64,000 nucleotides of DNA from positions 2,926,160-2,990,159 of the forward strand of contig OZ241997.1 of NCBI GenBank assembly GCA_965204435.1, given 5' to 3'. The notes beneath the pieces were generated by a model. It saw nothing but the letters and a program-made list of their open reading frames with translations, did no database searches and had not been told where the DNA came from. How positions within the stretch are numbered: position 1 is the first letter of the stretch; the number at the start of each line of letters is the position of its first letter. The position numbers and the translations under genes are program-made. Positions 37,433 through 46,125 of this stretch are shown here, in pieces. This DNA comes from Bryobacterales bacterium (GTDB lineage: Bacteria > Acidobacteriota > Terriglobia > Bryobacterales > UBA6623).

Positions 37433-39382
37433 CTACAGCTTCCCCTCGTCCAGCGCTTCGAAGTAGCCCAGCTCGACCGGCAGGTACCGCGGCTTGAGGT
37501 AGCAGTACGTGGGCGGCAGCGGGTTGCGCCCGTCGTAGGCCGCCACGATTGCCTCCGCATTGCGCAGGCCCGCGAAGGCCGATGGCTGGAACACCGGCTC
37601 CCGCCGCAACGAGTACGACTTGGTCACTCCGAACGTCCCCTTGCCGCCGCCGGCACGGCCGCTGAGCAGGCCGACGCCGGACTGCGACGACTCCGAGATC
37701 GAGTACCCCTCCTTGAGCCGCTCGACCTGCCCGCAGGCTTCCGACGCCAGCTTGCACGAGGACTCGTCAGACAGGGTGAGGAAGATGCGCGTCCGAAACG
37801 TCTGCAGCAGGGTTCTCCACGACTCCCCCGGCAGCGCCGAGCGTAGCGAGCTGATCGACTGCGTGGCCACCAGGGCCACCAGCCGCGCCTGCCGCGACAG
37901 GCTGAAGAACTTCTCGTCCCCGCCCGGGTCGTTCTCCCCGACCGTGGCGAAATGCTGGTACTCGTCGCAAATGAAGACGACGTCTCGCCACGGCCGCCGC
38001 GGCTCCTGCGCCATGCGCGGGATGCGCCCCAGCACCGACCGCTGAAAGTCCTGCTTCAGCATCACCCCGATGGCCCGGCCCAGCGCTGGGTTCGCCCCGA
38101 CCGGAATATTCAGGGCCAGCACCTTGCCCTCCTCGATCGCTTCGGCCACCGGCCGCAAAGGCCAGCGCCCCCGGTAAGGGCCTACCTCGCTGTAGACATG
38201 CTTCGGCGGGCAGAACACGTCGGCCACGTCCGGCTGGTCGAACAACGACAGGAACACGCTCACGCCCTCGGTGATCGAGCTGCGCAAGCGCATGTCGAGC
38301 TGGCTCCAGTCGTTCCGGTACCACGTGATCACGGTTTGCAGCTGCCGCTGCGCAGAATCGGCCGGTTCCGGATCTACCTCCCTGAACTTGATCTTGCGCT
38401 CCTTCAGCACTTCCAGCAGTTCCCGATCGCCCTTCACGTACCATTCCCCGGCCTTCTCGTCGTACTCCCACGTCCGGTCGGGCAGGGTCGGCTCATGCAG
38501 CTTGTATGCCTCGACGCCCAGCCGCGCCTCCGGCACGAGCTCGAGTCGCTGGCGAGCATCGTCGATCTTGCGCCGCAGCGATTCGTCGTCCAAGGCAGTG
38601 CGGTAAACGTCCTGCAGCGTGACGTAGCCGTCGCACACGCGAAATAGCAGGATCACGAACTTGACCAAGTTGGTATAGGCCTGCTGCCAGAACGGATCCT
38701 TGCCCTTGCCGAAGAGCTGGTTCAGCAAGGACGCGATCTGGTACGCCAGCGAGTAGGCGTCCAAGTCGCAGTGCAGCGGGTTGTAGCACCAGTCCCCGTC
38801 CAGGCTCAGTTCGATGTAGTCGTCGGCCCTGCCTTGCGCGCGCAGCATCTGCCGGACCTGGTGGCAGAAGTCGCCCTTCACCTCCAGCACCAAGCCGCCC
38901 GGACGCAGCTCGTCCCGGTCGGCATGCCAGCCCAGCACCTGTTGCGCGAACGGGTACATGCAACACGACGTCTTGCCGGAGCCGACCGCGCCAAAGACCG
39001 CCGTCCCGGCGTAGAGTCCGTGCCGCTGCACGGCCAGCCAGCCCGGCTGGCCGCTGGGCCCCGGCCGGGTGCGCCGGTGCGTTTCCCCGACGACGATCTG
39101 CGGCTCGTCGCTCCGCGGCCACGCAGGCAGCGACGCCGCTGCTCCCTTGCGCCGGCGCCTCTCCACCATCAGCCCGCCGACCGTCGAGCTCAACAGCACC
39201 AAGAAGTACGGCGTCAGGATCCAGGCGGCCGCATACCCCCAGCGCAGCACCGCTGCGGCCACCGGCGATTGGAACGTGATCAGCGCCAGCACCGGGTCGT
39301 GCGCGGGCCATGGCCAGTACCGGCCCCATGCCACCGCGCCCAGCGCGGCGCCCGCGACGGCCAGCAGCAGACTCATAGCCAT
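37433..39382 (-). CDS. virD4: Type IV coupling protein (VirD4/TraG-like)
   Basis: Two N-terminal transmembrane segments, Walker A GAVGSGKT, VLEVKGD, Walker B FICDEYQ and ATQS. Confidence 0.85.
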   Translation of the reverse strand: MAMSLLLAVAGAALGAVAWGRYWPWPAHDPVLALITFQSPVAAAVLRWGYAAAWILTPYFLVLLSSTVGGLMVERRRRKGAAASLPAWPRSDEPQIVVGETHRRTRPGPSGQPGWLAVQRHGLYAGTAVFGAVGSGKTSCCMYPFAQQVLGWHADRDELRPGGLVLEVKGDFCHQVRQMLRAQGRADDYIELSLDGDWCYNPLHCDLDAYSLAYQIASLLNQLFGKGKDPFWQQAYTNLVKFVILLFRVCDGYVTLQDVYRTALDDESLRRKIDDARQRLELVPEARLGVEAYKLHEPTLPDRTWEYDEKAGEWYVKGDRELLEVLKERKIKFREVDPEPADSAQRQLQTVITWYRNDWSQLDMRLRSSITEGVSVFLSLFDQPDVADVFCPPKHVYSEVGPYRGRWPLRPVAEAIEEGKVLALNIPVGANPALGRAIGVMLKQDFQRSVLGRIPRMAQEPRRPWRDVVFICDEYQHFATVGENDPGGDEKFFSLSRQARLVALVATQSISSLRSALPGESWRTLLQTFRTRIFLTLSDESSCKLASEACGQVERLKEGYSISESSQSGVGLLSGRAGGGKGTFGVTKSYSLRREPVFQPSAFAGLRNAEAIVAAYDGRNPLPPTYCYLKPRYLPVELGYFEALDEGKL

Positions 39383-39438
39383 CGCTGCAACGCACCCCGG
39401 CTGATGCCCCGAGCAATCTGCGCGGCAACTTCCATGGC

Positions 39439-40470
39439 CTAGCGGCAGGCGGCGTCAGCCGCCGCGTAGTCGAATTCCATCAACACTTCCCGGTAGCGGC
39501 ACGCCGCCGCGAAGTCGCCGCCCGGCTTGCGCGCCGGCGCGCCGCTGCGGGCCCACTCCCGGTAGCGCCGCTCTACCGCGGCACCGACGTGTTGCGCACC
39601 CAGGGACGCGTACCGCTCGACAGACTCCCGCGAAAGATCCTTCCAGCGCCGCTTGTCCACCAAGCGGCGCAGTTCGAAATACTCTCCTTCGGACCAGTCC
39701 CGCTCCGCTCGCGCCAGCCAGCGCTCCCACGCGTGGCGCAGGCGGGCAAACTGTGCATCGCTGTCTGCCAGCACGACCCACTCGCACGCAATGCCACGCT
39801 GGGCCAGCGCCCTGGCCAGGGGTTCATGGCTGGACAGGTGCCGCTCCATGCCATGCACGCTCGATCCGGCGTGAGCGTATGTGAACCGCACTCGCGCGCG
39901 AGACTCCTCCGGCGCGCCAATCGGAAACCCGTCGGGGAAGTACCTGCGCCTGTTCTGGAGCGTCCGGACCGCCGCCGGAAAGCAGTCCTCGCCAATCCCC
40001 AGCGATGCAAAATAGGCCGCCTTGTCGGCAGCGGTGAGCAAGAACCGCACTTCGCCGATCCGGGAGATCCAGTAGTCCAGTACCAGCAGCCGCTGTTTCG
40101 CGGCCCGGCGCGCCCGTCCGGCCCGCGATCCGGGATCGTCGCAACCCACCGCCTGGAACAGGGACGCGCCGCACAGCCGATAGAGCCGCGGCTTGCGGAG
40201 ATTGGTCTTGACATGCCCGTTGGCCTGCACCCGGCGCACGAGCCGGACCTCTGCGCCGCCCCTCCTCCCGCCACAGAATGTCAGGAACTGCCGCTGCACG
40301 AAGAAGCCGCCCAGCAACGCGACGGCGGTCAAGAACTCCGCTTCCACGGCGCGGTACCCGAGCTTCTCCACCCGTTCCGCCCGCTCGAAGAAGTCGGCTC
40401 CGATGACAGCGCCCTGCTCCGCGGCCCCAGTAACGCCGGGCGGCGCTTCCGCTGTGCCGGTCCCCGCCAT
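39439..40470 (-). CDS. Conserved hypothetical protein of the T4SS/mobilisation operon
   Basis: 343 aa, coupled to the upstream gene by TAATG; LGYRAVEAEFL..GGFFVQRQF and RRYFPDGFPIG. Confidence 0.65.
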   Translation of the reverse strand: MAGTGTAEAPPGVTGAAEQGAVIGADFFERAERVEKLGYRAVEAEFLTAVALLGGFFVQRQFLTFCGGRRGGAEVRLVRRVQANGHVKTNLRKPRLYRLCGASLFQAVGCDDPGSRAGRARRAAKQRLLVLDYWISRIGEVRFLLTAADKAAYFASLGIGEDCFPAAVRTLQNRRRYFPDGFPIGAPEESRARVRFTYAHAGSSVHGMERHLSSHEPLARALAQRGIACEWVVLADSDAQFARLRHAWERWLARAERDWSEGEYFELRRLVDKRRWKDLSRESVERYASLGAQHVGAAVERRYREWARSGAPARKPGGDFAAACRYREVLMEFDYAAADAACR

Positions 40471-41372
40471 TACCCAGGCCCTTGGCGGCTCACGCGGCCG
40501 TCTGCCGCCATCCGATAGATCTGGTAGCCCGCCAGCGCCTTCACCGACAGGCTGCTCTCGCGGTAGTCGGCGGTCGTGACTTCGATGTCGACGGACCCTG
40601 ACTCCCCGCCGCGCTCTGCGGGGCGCTCCCATTCGATGCGCACGTCGGGGAATGACAGCTTTCCGCCGGCGACCGTCAGTTGAAGCTGGCCGGCGACCTC
40701 GGCCCGCGCCTCGCGGCCGTCTTCTCCTCCGCGCCTGGCTGCGTCCATGTGCCGCGAGGCGATGCGGCGCAGCTGGCGTTCGGTGCGGATGCGCCGGACC
40801 TCGCCGCCGTCGGCGGCGATCCGCAGCATTTCGCAGCGCGCCGCCCGGTAGACCGCGGTGTCATGCAAGACTTGGGCGGCATGCGCACGGCCCGAAACAT
40901 ACGCCTGGGCCTCTTCATCGCCTCTTTCGCGGGGGTCGATGCAGCGCTCCAACAAGCGCCGGCCGCGGCTAGTGAGCGTCGCGGCCTCGATCCGGCGCCC
41001 CCCGCGCTGGAAGCGCTCCACGCGCAGCAACCCGTCTCGCTCCAACTCTTGGACCGAGCGCTTGGAACTCCTGGCTGACTCGAACACTTCGGTCAGGTCG
41101 GAAAGCTCAACGGTGCCAAAGGTCCCGGCCACCCGCAAGGCCTCCACGCTTTCGGCTGCCAGCCGAAAGCGGCCCCAGCGCGCCAGCCCTCGACGGCGCC
41201 GGCTGGGTCCGCTGCCAGCCTGTCCGCGCAGGACTTCCCTGCGGACATCTCTCGGAATGGGGTCTCTCGGCGCCTTGGCCGGAGTGACATGCGGACGCTC
41301 CCGCCGTTCGCGACGGGTGTCAAAGGCCGCCGCTTCGCGCGCGAGTTCGCGCTCGTAAATCTCTCGGATCAT
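40470..41372 (-). CDS. Putative replication-relaxation (MOBC-like) protein: winged helix plus PD-(D/E)xK
   Basis: wHTH-like LERDGLL..LTSRG, LHDTAVY and FPDVRIEW..VDIEV; positioned between virB8 and the coupling protein. Confidence 0.55.
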   Translation of the reverse strand: MIREIYERELAREAAAFDTRRERRERPHVTPAKAPRDPIPRDVRREVLRGQAGSGPSRRRRGLARWGRFRLAAESVEALRVAGTFGTVELSDLTEVFESARSSKRSVQELERDGLLRVERFQRGGRRIEAATLTSRGRRLLERCIDPRERGDEEAQAYVSGRAHAAQVLHDTAVYRAARCEMLRIAADGGEVRRIRTERQLRRIASRHMDAARRGGEDGREARAEVAGQLQLTVAGGKLSFPDVRIEWERPAERGGESGSVDIEVTTADYRESSLSVKALAGYQIYRMAADGRVSRQGPG

Positions 41373-41677
41373 GCTTGTCCCTCCTCCTGTTGGCGGAGCC
41401 GCTGCGCCAGTTCGGTGTCAAACGTCTTGCCGCGCCGCACCTCCCCGTCCAGCCGCCGCAGCTTTCTCCCGGCATCCCCGAGCCCGAGCCGGCGGCACGC
41501 CAGGTACAGCAGGGCGAACAGGTCAAAGGCCAGCGCCAGAACGTAGGCCGCGATCACCCAGCCGTAGTCGCGCACCAGCTCGTTTCGGTACGGCGCCAGA
41601 TAGCGAAACTCGTCCAGCGCCAGCCACGCAGCCGCGCCGCCAACTGCCAGGGTCAGCCCGAAGGCGATCCGCGCCAC
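41369..41677 (-). CDS. Small two-TM membrane protein in the T4SS operon
   Basis: Two hydrophobic segments; ATGA overlap with the next gene. Confidence 0.65.
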   Translation of the reverse strand: MARIAFGLTLAVGGAAAWLALDEFRYLAPYRNELVRDYGWVIAAYVLALAFDLFALLYLACRRLGLGDAGRKLRRLDGEVRRGKTFDTELAQRLRQQEEGQA

Positions 41678-41680
41678 GGC

Positions 41681-42331
41681 TCAGTCCTCGATCCGGTCGC
41701 TGCGGAAGTACGTGATCGACAGCCCCAGGGGATTGACCGCCAGCAGCTCGCGCGGCGGCTTCTCCAGAAAGCGGAATTCGAACTCCGAAGTCCACCGCCG
41801 CACCCCGCTGACGCGACCGCTCAAGTCGCGCAGCGTCTCGGTAAAGTCGACCCGCGCTTGGTAAGGCTCTTCCCGGGCCGGCTGCACTTGCACCGCGTCG
41901 ATCGCAATCTCGATCTCCGGCCCCTCGCCTCCCAGAAACCGCACGAGCTCCCCGCTGTCTTCCTGCTCCTGCATCAGCCGCCGGCCGAGCGGCCCGTCCA
42001 GGAACAGCAGCGAGCGCTGCCAGGAATCGAGCACGGCATCGCGGCGGCGCTCGCGATGGAGCACGACGAAACGCCGCAGGAAGTACTTCACTTCCGGCTT
42101 GGCGACGTCGGGCACGTAGGCCGCGGCCTCGTATTGGACCGCCTCGGCACGGCCGACCTCGTCAATGCGCACCACCAACGGAGACAGGTGCTCGAAGCGA
42201 TCGAACGTGCGCCAGCACAGCAGCAACAGACCGACACACAGCAGCGCCAGCGCTCCCATGGCGACCTTGAGGTAGCGGTTGGTGGACAGCACCTCCGCCC
42301 AGATTTCTGCATAGGCTTCGTGGGTTTTCAC
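41681..42331 (-). CDS. virB8: VirB8/TrbF-family protein
   Basis: Single TM, PLVVRIDEVGRAEAV and C-terminal NPLGLSITYF. Confidence 0.85.
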   Translation of the reverse strand: MKTHEAYAEIWAEVLSTNRYLKVAMGALALLCVGLLLLCWRTFDRFEHLSPLVVRIDEVGRAEAVQYEAAAYVPDVAKPEVKYFLRRFVVLHRERRRDAVLDSWQRSLLFLDGPLGRRLMQEQEDSGELVRFLGGEGPEIEIAIDAVQVQPAREEPYQARVDFTETLRDLSGRVSGVRRWTSEFEFRFLEKPPRELLAVNPLGLSITYFRSDRIED

Positions 42332-42344
42332 GACAATTCCCCCC

Positions 42345-43232
42345 TTACAGGCCGACGCGGCGCGCGGCCGAAGAAACCACGGAGGCGGCGCCGCTGGTGA
42401 AGCTGCCGCCGCCGTGGAAGATGGCGTTCGTCAAGGCATGCACCTTGAACATCGACAGCACGGCCACCAGCAGCACCGCCGCCGAATAGAAGAACCAGGT
42501 GACCTTGGCGCTGAGGCCGGCAGGCACCGCCTGCCACATGCCGTCGAGCATGAACGTGCACAGCGCCAGAAACGTCCAGCCCACCGCCGTGTAGAACGAG
42601 AACTGCAGGTACGAGCGCAGCCAGCCCCAGAACAGGAAGTCCATCCTCGGCACGAACAGCCACGGGATGAACAGCGGCCCCAGCACCACGCAAGCGCCGG
42701 CGGCCACCCGGCCGGCGGCGATCGAGGCGATCAGCAGGGCCGTGCAGGCCGTGTTGAACAGCAGGATCACGAACGTCCAGATCAGCGACCCGGCCCCCAT
42801 GAAGAAATCGAAGAAGCTCCACGAGGTCAGCTCCGTCCAGCCCTCGTGGAAGGACTGTGCGAAGTTCCAGCTGATGAAGCCGTCGATGCGCTGCGAGTAG
42901 AAGTCCGCCGCCCGGATCGGCAGCGTTGACACCGGCATGCCGAGGCCGGGAGCGTCGACGACGTAGAAGCGCAGCATGGCGAGGCTGAACGACATCGCCA
43001 GCACCAGCGGCAACAGGCGGCCCCACTGCACCCCCTGGCCGGACAGGGCGGTCTGGATCCCGAACCACGCCACCGACAGTGCGGCCAGGGCGCGGAACAG
43101 CAGCAGTCCCTCGCCGACAAACAGCGGGGCGAGATCCGCGATCGCCGCGTCGATCGCGGAAAACGCCCACAGCAGCGGGAACTCGCTCGGGTCGGTCGGC
43201 GGGACCGGCGGAGGCGTAGGCAGTAGCTGCAT
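42345..43232 (-). CDS. virB6: VirB6/TrbL-family polytopic membrane protein
   Basis: Multiple TMs; VVLGPLFIPWLFVPRMDFLFWGW. Confidence 0.82.
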   Translation of the reverse strand: MQLLPTPPPVPPTDPSEFPLLWAFSAIDAAIADLAPLFVGEGLLLFRALAALSVAWFGIQTALSGQGVQWGRLLPLVLAMSFSLAMLRFYVVDAPGLGMPVSTLPIRAADFYSQRIDGFISWNFAQSFHEGWTELTSWSFFDFFMGAGSLIWTFVILLFNTACTALLIASIAAGRVAAGACVVLGPLFIPWLFVPRMDFLFWGWLRSYLQFSFYTAVGWTFLALCTFMLDGMWQAVPAGLSAKVTWFFYSAAVLLVAVLSMFKVHALTNAIFHGGGSFTSGAASVVSSAARRVGL

Positions 43233-43255
43233 GGTCGGACTCCCCTACTGCGAGG

Positions 43256-44113
43256 TCAGGGCATGCGCCATTGCGGCGCAGGCTGGGCCGCGGCCAACTC
43301 GCTGAATTCGGCAGCGGCCTCCATAGAGCGGGCCAGTTGGTCGCGCTCGCGCTTCGAAGTGGCCAGTTCGGCTTCCAGCAGCGCATCGAGCAGCTGGTTG
43401 GTCTGCTCGGCGCTGCCTAGCTGGCGCACCTGCCCGACTGTCAGCTTGCCGAGCAGCGCCGGCATGGACTGCGAGCCATTGCTGGGGTCGAGCACGGCGC
43501 GCTCGAGGTTGGCGTGGGCCGTGCTTCGCTCCGCGGCCAAGCGCCGCGCCTCCCCCAGGACCGCCAGCGAGCGCACGGTGGCCGCATCGGCGATCTCCAA
43601 CGAGGCGTGTTCGCGCCGCACTCCCGCCTGGAGCTCTGTGTCCAGGGACAGCATGGCACCGCTCCAGTCCGGCACCGGCGCCGAGGCACGGCCGTACGCG
43701 TCGACAACGTCGGACAGGGAGTCGCCGTTGATGGCGTCGGCCCAGCCGCCGGAGGTGCCGAAGCGGTCCGCCGTGGCGCTGCGCAGCCAGCGCGTCGCGG
43801 TGGCCCGGAAGTCGGTCAGGTTCTGCACGTCGCGCAGCGTCCCGACCACGCCCGAGAAGTGCTCGAGCGTGCCGTTGGCCATGCCGCGGATGTTCTGCAG
43901 TTCGCCGAGCCGCTCGTTGGCAGCGTCGACCACCGGCTGGGCGGCCTTGATGGTGACCGGCATCAGGCCGTTCAGCCCGCCGCCCAGCTGCGGGATGCCG
44001 ATGGCCTTGCCGACAGCCTTGCCAATGCCGGAAAAGAATGCGCCCCAGAATGGCGTGGCCGGCGCGGCCAGCACCACCAACAGGATGCAAAGGATTGCGA
44101 GTTTGCGAGTCAT
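43256..44113 (-). CDS. VirB5/TrbJ-like secreted helical protein
   Basis: Signal peptide and helical composition; located between virB10 and virB6. Confidence 0.55.
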   Translation of the reverse strand: MTRKLAILCILLVVLAAPATPFWGAFFSGIGKAVGKAIGIPQLGGGLNGLMPVTIKAAQPVVDAANERLGELQNIRGMANGTLEHFSGVVGTLRDVQNLTDFRATATRWLRSATADRFGTSGGWADAINGDSLSDVVDAYGRASAPVPDWSGAMLSLDTELQAGVRREHASLEIADAATVRSLAVLGEARRLAAERSTAHANLERAVLDPSNGSQSMPALLGKLTVGQVRQLGSAEQTNQLLDALLEAELATSKRERDQLARSMEAAAEFSELAAAQPAPQWRMP

Positions 44114-45303
44114 TGTGATTCTCCTTGGATTGCAGGCCCGGCCATCGGGCCGGGCGGGTCACGGTAAGGCCGCACGATCAAGTCGGCCGTGAGGTAGATG
44201 CGGATGCGGTGGCCCTCGCGGATGGTCAGCTTGGGCAGGCGGTTGAGGTAGCGGTCGAGCATGCGCTCGGCCGACTGGGACAGTCCCACGCCGACCGATT
44301 GCCGGGCCGCCCCGAAGCGCGACGCCAGCGCTTGCGCCGGGCTGACCGCGCTGGACAGCCCCGCCAAGGCGCCGATCGCCCCGGCCGCCAAGAAGGCGGA
44401 GGGGTAGCGTCGGTCGACCAGGTCCAACAGACCGGTCTCGCCGATCTGGTTCAGTGCCGCGCTCTGGTCGAGCCGGACGGCCCGCCCGTCCGGCAGGATC
44501 AGGCGGTGAAACGTCACTGCCAGCCGTGACTGCTCCCACGCTTCGACCTGGAGGGCTTCTCCAAGCGCTCGCGTGCCGCGCGGGATCAGCAGCCGCTGGC
44601 CGGAGCGGTCGTAGACATCGGCCGACACCATGGCGTTGACCGGGCCGGAAAAGTCGCCGCTCAGCCTGTTGGTCAGAACCGCCTCGAGAAACTCGCCCTC
44701 GCGCAAGATCTCGGTGCGGCCGGCTTCCTCCGCGACATCCTCAGGTTCCGCAACCGTCGCAGGCGTGGCGGCTTCCGCTTCCCTGCCGGGAGCGCCGGCC
44801 GGACCTGCGACACTGCCGGCCTGGGCGGCCATCGCATCGCGATGGCTGAGCACCAGCGGCGCAGCGCTCAGGGAGCGGTAGCGCCGCAACGCCTCCTCGC
44901 GCCTGATCTGCTCCTCGGGCGTGATGCCGCTCGCATTGCCGTGGCCGCCGGAGTGGATCGGGCCGGACTGCACGAGCGGGGCCGGCGGCCGGGGCAGTCC
45001 GTCCGGACGCTCGGCGGGCACGCCGAGCTCGCTGCGCATCCGCTTCTCGGCCTCGCGGGCGGCCTCGTCGCGCATGCGGCGGGCGGCGCTCTCGGCCGAT
45101 CGCACCCCGACAGGCGTGCCGGTCCCGGGAGAGCCTGGCATGGCGACCTCGGTCGCGTCTTGAGACGGTCGAACCTCTGGGTCGCCCGGAAACAGCAGCA
45201 GCGCCAGCACCAGCACGCCGGTCAGCCCCAGCAGCACCCAGGTCTGGGCGCGGGCCGGCAAGGCGCCCGGCGGACGCGGGATCTTGTCCAGGATTCGCTT
45301 CAC
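44110..45303 (-). CDS. virB10: VirB10/TrbI
   Basis: TM, Pro-rich linker, EAVLTNRLSGDFSGPV, LLIPRGTR, GETGL and PKLTIREGHRIRIY. Confidence 0.9.
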   Translation of the reverse strand: MKRILDKIPRPPGALPARAQTWVLLGLTGVLVLALLLFPGDPEVRPSQDATEVAMPGSPGTGTPVGVRSAESAARRMRDEAAREAEKRMRSELGVPAERPDGLPRPPAPLVQSGPIHSGGHGNASGITPEEQIRREEALRRYRSLSAAPLVLSHRDAMAAQAGSVAGPAGAPGREAEAATPATVAEPEDVAEEAGRTEILREGEFLEAVLTNRLSGDFSGPVNAMVSADVYDRSGQRLLIPRGTRALGEALQVEAWEQSRLAVTFHRLILPDGRAVRLDQSAALNQIGETGLLDLVDRRYPSAFLAAGAIGALAGLSSAVSPAQALASRFGAARQSVGVGLSQSAERMLDRYLNRLPKLTIREGHRIRIYLTADLIVRPYRDPPGPMAGPAIQGESQ

Positions 45304-45318
45304 GTCCGTGCCCCCCGG

Positions 45319-46125
45319 TCAGCGCTCGGCGCGGCGAAAGCGCACCTTGCGCTTCCCGATCTGCAGCCAGCCGTCCGCCAGCGGGCGGCGGGTCACGTAC
45401 AAGCCGTCGTAGAAGTCGTACGGCACCATGGACGGCTTGCCGTCGCGGGACTCGTACAGCGCCGGGGCCTCCTCCGGATCCGCCCGGATGTAGGTGAAGC
45501 GGTCATCGAGCCACATTGCGGCGACCCGAAACGGCGCCTCCAGTGCCTCCCGGTCCAGCTCGTACTCGAAGCGCAGGCTGCGCGGATAGGCCGCGCGGAA
45601 CGCCTCGACCCGCTGCTCGGCATCTTGGCGGGCCTGTTCGATGGCCTGCTCAGACTCTTGGCGGGCCGCTTCCGCATCGCGCGCCAATGCAGCAGCCGCC
45701 CCGCGGGGCTCGAATCCCAGCGGCTCCAGCGGTGCCCCGCCCTCGGCGGAAGGCTGCTTCGGGCGCAGGAACAGCTTCAGGTCCGGCTCTGCCTCGGAGT
45801 CGCCGAGTTCGCGGAAATGCAGCGTGTAGACGTTGCCCTTGTCGGTGACGAGGGTGACGTTGGTCTCGATGTCTTCGGCGCTGGGCTTGACAAACGCGAG
45901 GTTGGCCGCGCCCTGCACGCTCCAGTACTCGGCATCGCCGCAGACCCAGTCGAGAATTCGCTCGGCAGGGTCCAGCACGATGGCCGTGGCGAAACGGACC
46001 CGCGCCCGGGCCTCGATCACCTCGTCAGGTCCGGCCGCTACCTCGCGTGCGAGGCCGCGCTCCGGCACGGCGGCGGCAGCCGCCAGGGCCGCGCATATAA
46101 GAAACTGCGTCAGTCGGTAGTGCAT
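45319..46125 (-). CDS. virB9: VirB9/TrbG
   Basis: Signal peptide, FVKP..TNVTLVT and DDRFTYI..EAPALY. Confidence 0.85.
   Translation of the reverse strand: MHYRLTQFLICAALAAAAAVPERGLAREVAAGPDEVIEARARVRFATAIVLDPAERILDWVCGDAEYWSVQGAANLAFVKPSAEDIETNVTLVTDKGNVYTLHFRELGDSEAEPDLKLFLRPKQPSAEGGAPLEPLGFEPRGAAAALARDAEAARQESEQAIEQARQDAEQRVEAFRAAYPRSLRFEYELDREALEAPFRVAAMWLDDRFTYIRADPEEAPALYESRDGKPSMVPYDFYDGLYVTRRPLADGWLQIGKRKVRFRRAER

Noticed and set aside
36138-37525. Diversity-generating retroelement TR/VR pair (RT in the window plus a ~93-bp near-duplicate of a gene 3' end)
   Set aside because: The differences are mainly synonymous third-position changes rather than adenine-specific, and the RT is a group II intron maturase inside a full ribozyme.
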